Of a stretch of DNA of 40,190 nt, positions 35,374-40,190 are shown in pieces (the first letter of the stretch is position 1; the number at the start of each line of letters is the position of its first letter). The stretch is from a virus. Lineage: Duplodnaviria; Caudoviricetes. Below the pieces are notes generated by a model, which did no database searches, was not told the origin of the DNA, and saw only the letters and a program-made list of their open reading frames with translations. The DNA lies in IMG/VR virus record IMGVR_UViG_3300049209_000010, positions 1 to 40,190 of that record. The stretch is one strand, 5' to 3'. Made by a program: the position numbers and the translations under genes.

Positions 35374-35583
35374 ATGAACACGAACGAAACCATTAACTAC
35401 TTTGGCGACCGCGCCACGCTTTCAAAGATGATCGGCATAAGCGTCCAAGCCATTGCCCAGTGGCCCGAAACCGTCCCATTAGGCCGTCGCGAGGCAGTCC
35501 GCAAAGCCATGAAAGAACACGCCAACCAGCTAGAAGCACAGGCCAAGAAGCTGCGCCGCGCGGCAAAGGGTGGCGAAGTATGA
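35374..35583 (+). CDS. cro: Cro-like HTH repressor
   Basis: INYFG....LSKMIGISVQAIAQW..VPLGR; GGAGG RBS; first gene of rightward operon. Confidence 0.85.
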   Translation: MNTNETINYFGDRATLSKMIGISVQAIAQWPETVPLGRREAVRKAMKEHANQLEAQAKKLRRAAKGGEV

Positions 35584-35861
35584 AAGGTAAATTACGTTGG
35601 AAACTTGGCGAAAAAGAAACCGGGCTTCGTGCAGTAGGCGCGCGCCATCGCGGCTACATTTTGCACGATGGCGAACAAGAATATGCGCGCATCTATCCGA
35701 ATGGCGGCGGATGGCGAGGGAAGCAAAACGGATGGTTTTGGACGGCAAATGTAGGAATTTACCGGATCAATACTTGCGCCAATCCTGTTGATGATATCGA
35801 TAAGGCCAAGCGCGATGCCCGCGCATACGTCGATAAGGCGCTAAAGGAGCAGCCACAATGA
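35580..35861 (+). CDS. Hypothetical protein
   Basis: ATGA-coupled; start trimmed. Confidence 0.65.
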   Translation: MKGKLRWKLGEKETGLRAVGARHRGYILHDGEQEYARIYPNGGGWRGKQNGWFWTANVGIYRINTCANPVDDIDKAKRDARAYVDKALKEQPQ

Positions 35862-35932
35862 CCAACGAAACCCAGCAATCCCGGCGCGCGGCGTTTGAGG
35901 CCATCCACGCAGCCGGAGTGAAGACACGATGA
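35858..35932 (+). pseudogene. 24-aa mini-ORF, probable internal-deletion remnant
   Basis: AAGGAG RBS, ATGA overlaps at both ends; MTNETQQSRRAAFEAIHAAGVKTR. Confidence 0.45.
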
Positions 35933-36090
35933 GCTATGTGATCATGCGCGGTGGAGCCAGTCCTATAGCAATCATTATCCCTACCCCGGTAGCCATTCGC
36001 AAAACAAGGAAAGAGTGCAACGCTTGGATTGCAAGCAGGAAATATCCAAACGAATATTACATTCGCAATGTAAAGGACTCAGAGCTATGA
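35929..36090 (+). CDS. Hypothetical protein (53 aa)
   Basis: MSYVIMRGG...KDSEL; coupled both sides; not in ORF track. Confidence 0.55.
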   Translation: MSYVIMRGGASPIAIIIPTPVAIRKTRKECNAWIASRKYPNEYYIRNVKDSEL

Positions 36091-36539
36091 CCACGACGCC
36101 AGTAACCAGCATCACCGACGAATTGCTTGCAGAGCTTGAGCAGTTGGCAGGCAAGGTAAGCGCCATGGCCTTGGATAGCGCCGAGGAAGTAGTTACGCAA
36201 AGCGGACGCATGATTGAGTGCCCGGTGTGTTGCGGCGAAGGATACGCCAGCGCCGAGAACGATTACTGCAACTTTGATAATCACGCCATTGGCGTTGAGT
36301 TCTACGGCATCGGGCCTGAGTTTGGATTAGCGGAAGCATACTTTCGCGCCGCCAGCCCCGCCACAATCCTAGCCCTACTCCAGCACGTGCGCGAGTTGAG
36401 TAAAGATCGTGATCGATTGGACTGGCTTGCTGATCCAGCAAACCAAATAGGCAACGTGCAATTGCCAACCGAAGCAGTTATGCAAAACCTGCACAGCCTG
36501 CGTGATGCTATCGACGCAGCCCGCAGTAGCACAAGCTAG
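36087..36539 (+). CDS. Ead/Ea22-like protein with CxxC insert
   Basis: LAELEQLA..AASPATILALL..DRDRLDWL. Confidence 0.7.
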   Translation: MTTTPVTSITDELLAELEQLAGKVSAMALDSAEEVVTQSGRMIECPVCCGEGYASAENDYCNFDNHAIGVEFYGIGPEFGLAEAYFRAASPATILALLQHVRELSKDRDRLDWLADPANQIGNVQLPTEAVMQNLHSLRDAIDAARSSTS

Positions 36540-36549
36540 CGGGATGAAT

Positions 36550-36710
36550 TAAAATGGTGGTGCCGGGTTAGCCTGGCACCGAGCTTGGCGGCTCGATTAA
36601 TTTAACGTAGTGGCGATTGTTCTGATCTGTGCTGGGGTTTACTACGTTTACCCAGTCCGCCAACCCTGAGAAGGGACAGATCAGAACAATCGCTTTTTTT
36701 TGGGCGGTGA
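36550..36710 (+). ncRNA. Structured leader / C4-like antisense switch before replication operon
   Basis: Perfect 18-bp stem 36613-36630/36676-36693 plus T8, enclosing two hairpins; loops complementary to upstream sites; -10 TAAAAT at 36550. Confidence 0.65.
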
Positions 36711-36713
36711 AAA

Positions 36714-37028
36714 ATGAGAACACCACGAATCAGCATGATAGCCATGGATGCGCGCGACCCTAAAAAGGCGTTTGTGCGCGTACCTGATGAGCCTGGCCGC
36801 TGGATTTACGCAGATCGATGCGTTGTCGAGGTTCCTTGTCCGCAGTGTGAGTCGGCCATAGGCGAGCCTTGCAAAGGCAGGTACAGCGGGGAGTATTGGG
36901 TTGATACCCACTACCGTCGCCGCAATGCCTGGACTGCATTACGCAAGCGCAGTGATGGCCCGCGCATACACGAAGAGGACGTAAAGCCTCGCATTCAAAT
37001 GTATGCGGATATGGGAGGCGCTCAGTGA
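36714..37028 (+). CDS. Small zinc-finger-like protein
   Basis: VPCPQCES..GEPC...H..RR. Confidence 0.65.
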   Translation: MRTPRISMIAMDARDPKKAFVRVPDEPGRWIYADRCVVEVPCPQCESAIGEPCKGRYSGEYWVDTHYRRRNAWTALRKRSDGPRIHEEDVKPRIQMYADMGGAQ

Positions 37029-37819
37029 ACTACTACGCCTTTCACTTGGGCGACTACGCAAGCGCTACAGGCCACCTCACATGGAATGAGGACATGGCCT
37101 ATCGACGCTTGCTTGACGCCTACTACCAGCGAGAGTCGCCATTCCCTGACGACATGCGGCAGGTATACAGATTGACCCGCGCGCAGGACGATGAGCAGCG
37201 CCAGGCCATTGATACTGTCTTGTCTGAGTTTTTCACGTTGACCGACGAAGGCTGGCGGCACTTCCGCTGCGATGCGGAAATTCAGGCCGTATCGGGTAAG
37301 CGAGAGAAGGCATCACAAAGCGCTAAGTCTCGCTGGAATAAAGCGAAGGCATTGCAACCGCAATGCGATGGCAATGCGAACGCATCATTTAACGGATGCG
37401 AACGCATAGAAATGCCATGCGAAGGCAATGCTCCCAACCCCAACCCCAACCCCAACCAAGAGCAAAAGAATACGCAAGCGCCGGAAAAGTCCGAGACAGT
37501 AAAAACTCTCAAGGCATCCGACCTGATTAACCTAGGTGTAAACGAGCAGCACGCTAAAGATTGGCTTGCCGTCCGCCAAAAAAAGAAAGCACCTCTGACA
37601 CCTACCGCTATGCAAGCGACGATCAGGGAAGCGGCAAAGGCAGGGATATCTGTCGGCGAGGCCGTGCGTGTGTGCGCAGAGCGTGGCTGGCAGGGGTTCA
37701 ATGCTGACTGGCTAAAAGACAGCAAATCAGGAAAGCCGAACGGCATACACCACGGCTTTGACAACATCGACTACAACGCGGGCCTAGTCGCCCGAGAGGA
37801 CGGCACCCTTGGACTCTAA
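37025..37819 (+). CDS. Replication initiator, DUF1376/YdaU family
   Basis: NYYAFHLGDY..T.HL...E..AYRRLLD.YY..E.P; C-terminal ERGWQGF.ADW; precedes DnaC-like gene. Confidence 0.88.
   Translation: MNYYAFHLGDYASATGHLTWNEDMAYRRLLDAYYQRESPFPDDMRQVYRLTRAQDDEQRQAIDTVLSEFFTLTDEGWRHFRCDAEIQAVSGKREKASQSAKSRWNKAKALQPQCDGNANASFNGCERIEMPCEGNAPNPNPNPNQEQKNTQAPEKSETVKTLKASDLINLGVNEQHAKDWLAVRQKKKAPLTPTAMQATIREAAKAGISVGEAVRVCAERGWQGFNADWLKDSKSGKPNGIHHGFDNIDYNAGLVAREDGTLGL
37342..37431 (+). repeat. Iteron array / probable replication origin inside initiator gene
   Basis: TGC-N4-GCA units starting 37353, 37364, 37375, 37397, 37418; two exact ATGCGAACGCAT copies. Confidence 0.75.
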
Positions 37820-38591
37820 TCAAGATATTCAGATTGCTACCGCTGTATGCGAGAAGCACGGCGAGTTTCAGCAAAAGTCGTTTCAGATACCCATGTTCAA
37901 AAAACGCACATTCTCGCGCTGCCCAAGCTGTGAGGCTGAGCAGAAGGCAGAAGAGGATCAGCGCAAAAAGATACAAGAAGACCTTATTCGCCAGATCCGT
38001 TTGCGCGAAAAGCTAGGATCCGCTGCCGTGCCTAAAAGGTTTGAGGCCAAGCGCTTTGATGGCTACGTCTGCGACACACCAGAGAAGACGGCGGCGCTGG
38101 AAAAGTGCAAGGCATACGCTGACGCTTTCAAAGACAATCTTGCAGTAGGTCGCAACCTGATCCTGATCGGCACGCCAGGTACGGGGAAAACTCACCTAGG
38201 AACCTCGATTGCTAACCATCTGAATTACAATACAGGCTACACAGCGGCCTATCGCACGATTGGGGGCGTTCTACAGTCTATTAAACAGACTTTCAGCTCA
38301 AACGAGGGTGAGAGTGAGGCCAGTATCATAAACGGCCTCACACGCGTTGATTTGCTTGTTCTGGATGAAATCGGGGCGACGCGAGAAGCGCCAAGCGATT
38401 TTGAGCTTTCGACCATATTCGCAATCATCAACGGGCGGTATGAAAGCGAGCTGCCTACCGTGATCATTTCCAACCTTTCAGCCGAGGCTTTGACCCAGGC
38501 GATGGGTGATCGCTGCGTTGACCGACTGCGCGAAGGCTCGCCGGTAGTTGTTCAGCTCAAGTGGGAATCAGCGCGCAGGGGTATCGCATGA
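37809..38591 (+). CDS. DnaC/IstB-like helicase loader ATPase
   Basis: CEKHG..CPSC Zn site, GTPGTGKT Walker A, LLVLDEIG Walker B, IISN, DRLRE. Confidence 0.92.
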   Translation: MDSNQDIQIATAVCEKHGEFQQKSFQIPMFKKRTFSRCPSCEAEQKAEEDQRKKIQEDLIRQIRLREKLGSAAVPKRFEAKRFDGYVCDTPEKTAALEKCKAYADAFKDNLAVGRNLILIGTPGTGKTHLGTSIANHLNYNTGYTAAYRTIGGVLQSIKQTFSSNEGESEASIINGLTRVDLLVLDEIGATREAPSDFELSTIFAIINGRYESELPTVIISNLSAEALTQAMGDRCVDRLREGSPVVVQLKWESARRGIA

Positions 38592-38713
38592 CTAAGGCTT
38601 GCTGGATCGTAACCGCCGCAGGCAAATCGTTTGCCATGGTCGGCGACAAATGCACATACACCGAAGCCCTGGCGTTTGCTCGGGGCATCTGGCCAGAATC
38701 GGAGGTAGCATGA
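38588..38713 (+). CDS. Hypothetical protein (41 aa)
   Basis: MTKACWIV...ARGIWPESEVA; ATGA overlaps both ends; not in ORF track. Confidence 0.6.
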   Translation: MTKACWIVTAAGKSFAMVGDKCTYTEALAFARGIWPESEVA

Positions 38714-39033
38714 GGTCAATTCTTGAAGACGAGCAGCGTTTCTTTGAAATCGTGCAGACAACCCCGGACTTGCTTGAGGCTGACGGGATGATTCGCGATG
38801 CCATTGCTGCCGTGAAATTGGAGATGGGCGAGGCTGCACTGATGTGTAGCGCTGTAGGCAATGCGAGATTGCAGCAACTCGGCGCGCTAAAAGTAAAGCT
38901 GAAATCCGAACTGCACAGGATCGAAACAATCAAGGACTCGGCTAAGTGGTCTTTGGCGGCCAAAGCTGTGTGCGGTCAGCAAGCTTACGAAGAGTGCGTG
39001 GCGTGGATGCGGCAGATGGGAGGGCTGATCTGA
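38710..39033 (+). CDS. Hypothetical protein
   Basis: GGAGGT RBS before ATG 38710. Confidence 0.7.
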   Translation: MRSILEDEQRFFEIVQTTPDLLEADGMIRDAIAAVKLEMGEAALMCSAVGNARLQQLGALKVKLKSELHRIETIKDSAKWSLAAKAVCGQQAYEECVAWMRQMGGLI

Positions 39034-39194
39034 TGTCGATTGAGCAACGCATTGCGGTATCCAAGCTGCGCGCCGAAGGCTTCACCCAATGCGTGGATCA
39101 ATCACAAAGCCTTGTGATCATGGTTCGCGGAAATGACAGGCGGGTCGTGTGGCTGGATGGGTCGGCTCACAGGGCGACTGGAGCAAAGCGATGA
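39033..39194 (+). CDS. Hypothetical protein (53 aa)
   Basis: GGGAGGG RBS; coupled both sides. Confidence 0.65.
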   Translation: MSIEQRIAVSKLRAEGFTQCVDQSQSLVIMVRGNDRRVVWLDGSAHRATGAKR

Positions 39195-39454
39195 AATTAA
39201 ACGTAGGAACTATTGGCCATATCGACCACGGGAAAACCACGCTAATGCAGGCGCTTGTCGCAGTGCTTGGCGAGGAAATGGCAAGTCGCTGCGTGGTTAC
39301 TGATACCAAGCATCCGATCATGGATAGCTTTGACGATATATGCGGCGCATCGCCATACCCTGGCCGACCTAAAAACCAAAAGCGCAAAGCCGCTTGGAAG
39401 GCAAAGCTAAAAGCAGCGCAGCTTAAAGCGTTTTCTGGCGATGCAAAAAGATAG
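39191..39454 (+). CDS. 87-aa protein with EF-Tu-like G1 (P-loop) N-terminus and basic tail
   Basis: LNVGTIGHIDHGKTTL; GGAG RBS; ATGA overlap. Confidence 0.75.
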   Translation: MKLNVGTIGHIDHGKTTLMQALVAVLGEEMASRCVVTDTKHPIMDSFDDICGASPYPGRPKNQKRKAAWKAKLKAAQLKAFSGDAKR

Positions 39455-39492
39455 TTGACGCCATGACAATCAGTGCCTATATTGCCATGACA
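39455..39492 (+). promoter_or_regulatory. Sigma70 promoter with duplicated GCCATGACA operator-like site
   Basis: TTGACG(39455-39460)-17-TATATT(39478-39483); GCCATGACA at 39460 and 39484. Confidence 0.7.
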
Positions 39493-39514
39493 GAAATCAA
39501 ACGGATGCACCGAA

Positions 39515-39670
39515 ATGACTAGAGCGCGCAGAACGATACGGATGGATGATTGCGAGTGGAAGGCGTTTATGCGTCTGCTAGGCCCGGAATGGCTGCGCGC
39601 AAAGATTCGCCGCGAGTTGGCCAAGGAAGCAAAGCAGGCTAAATCGAAAAATATTGGAGACGGCAAATGA
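39515..39670 (+). CDS. 51-aa RHH-like DNA-binding protein
   Basis: MTRARRTIRMDDCEWKAFMRLLGPEWLRAKIRREL; stop overlaps next ATG; not in ORF track. Confidence 0.6.
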   Translation: MTRARRTIRMDDCEWKAFMRLLGPEWLRAKIRRELAKEAKQAKSKNIGDGK

Positions 39671-40190
39671 TCAAGATCACCCTCAACCAAATCGCTGCAC
39701 AAAACCCATGCTCAAGCGGCTGGGCAAAAATCCTGCACGCTCGCGGCAAGATCAACGATTCACAGCTAACCGAATTTTTGGAAGATGGCGGCGTTCCGGA
39801 AAGCTACAGCAAGCTTGCTGATGACGAAGAATTTCCCCTGGCAATTGCCCTGAAAAGCAATGGCTTTGACGACGTTAAATGGTCGCTTCGTTGCCTGCCT
39901 GATGATTTTCGTCTGTGGCGAAAGTATGCGGTTTGGTGTGCGCGCCAAGTTCAGCACCTCATGACAGATCAGAGCAGTATCAATGCGCTGGATGTTGCGT
40001 GGCGTCACAGTGACGGCTTGGCGACAGATGAAGAGTTGGCGAGCGCTAGACGAGACGCCGACGCCGCCGCCGACGCCTACGCCTCCGCCTCCTCCTACGC
40101 CGACGCCTCCGCCGCCTCCGCCGCCTACGCCTACGCCTACGCCTCCGCCTCCGCCTACGCCTACGCCTACGCCTCCGCCTCCGCCTACGC
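39667..40190 (+). CDS. 5' part of wrap-around Ala-rich repeat protein
   Basis: Open from ATG 39667 (GGAG RBS) to window end: MIKITLNQI...PCSSGW...LWRKYAVWCARQVQHLM...ATDEELASARRD then repeat. Confidence 0.88.
   Translation, partial: MIKITLNQIAAQNPCSSGWAKILHARGKINDSQLTEFLEDGGVPESYSKLADDEEFPLAIALKSNGFDDVKWSLRCLPDDFRLWRKYAVWCARQVQHLMTDQSSINALDVAWRHSDGLATDEELASARRDADAAADAYASASSYADASAASAAYAYAYASASAYAYAYASASAY
40054..40190 (+). repeat. Low-complexity coding repeat of GCC/TAC/TCC/GAC codons
   Basis: Includes 30-bp tandem 40123-40152 / 40153-40182. Confidence 0.95.

Larger units (their letters stand above)
1..40190. mobile_element. Near-complete P22-like podophage genome, circularly permuted, no recognisable lysogeny module
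   Basis: Full terminase-portal-scaffold-coat-tail-lysin set plus replication and recombination arms; the ORF running off the right end continues in the same repeat and reading at base 1. Confidence 0.93.

Noticed and set aside
36613-36693. tRNA gene
   Set aside because: Branched fold but no TTC T-loop, anticodon arm or CCA; no tRNA seen elsewhere
36785-36820. CUGAUGA hammerhead core
   Set aside because: Inside a CDS, with no stem II followed by GAAA
37433-37457. (CCCAAC)n as phase-variation tract
   Set aside because: 6-bp in-frame unit encoding an ordinary Pro-Asn linker of initiator proteins
39149-39454. Functional elongation factor Tu (tuf), or the 101-aa start at 39149
   Set aside because: Only G1 present; RBS and ATGA overlap favour ATG 39191
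40054-40190. Direct terminal repeat, telomere or CRISPR array at the contig ends
   Set aside because: Exact end overlap is only 8 nt; repeat is in-frame coding with no spacers; P22-type terminase implies headful packaging

Overview
The window is an essentially complete ~40.2 kb dsDNA phage genome with a P22-like (podovirus) virion module and lambdoid early-gene organisation. The host is probably Pseudomonas or a relative; this is inferred from GC content and small-gene repertoire, not shown. The two ends join in frame inside one Ala-rich repeat gene (39667-40190 + 1-207), so the contig is a circle opened at a low-complexity repeat. Plus strand 4132-24664 carries small/large terminase, portal, scaffold, coat, gp4, a C1q-like protein, gp10, a mini-gp26, gp14-like, four ejection-region proteins, a stand-alone head-binding adaptor, two Mtd_N-anchored receptor-binding proteins, an M15 endolysin and DUF1353. 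Minus strand 35247-24692 is the early-left arm (Dam-like MTase, NinX, DUF551, coiled-coil protein, RecT, lambda-type exonuclease, LytTR, HNH/AP2 and many small ORFs). Plus strand 35374-40190 and 1-3021 is the early-right arm (Cro, Ea22-like, DUF1376 initiator with internal iterons, DnaC-like loader, DUF1367, NinG). I recognise no integrase, CI repressor, Q antiterminator, tRNA, CRISPR array or reverse transcriptase. The most interesting unexplained signals are: (i) two sequence-unrelated RNA leaders with the same b1-a1-[a'/b' stem]-U-tract-b2/RBS antisense-switch architecture, one before the recombination operon and one before the replication operon; (ii) a promoter/terminator-bounded ~100-nt RNA with a textbook k-turn between portal and scaffold; (iii) an 87-aa protein carrying only the EF-Tu G1 motif; (iv) a modular adaptor plus two-RBP tail; (v) a four-codon variable Ala-rich repeat. 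All family assignments are by eye, from remembered motifs and synteny, with no database search.
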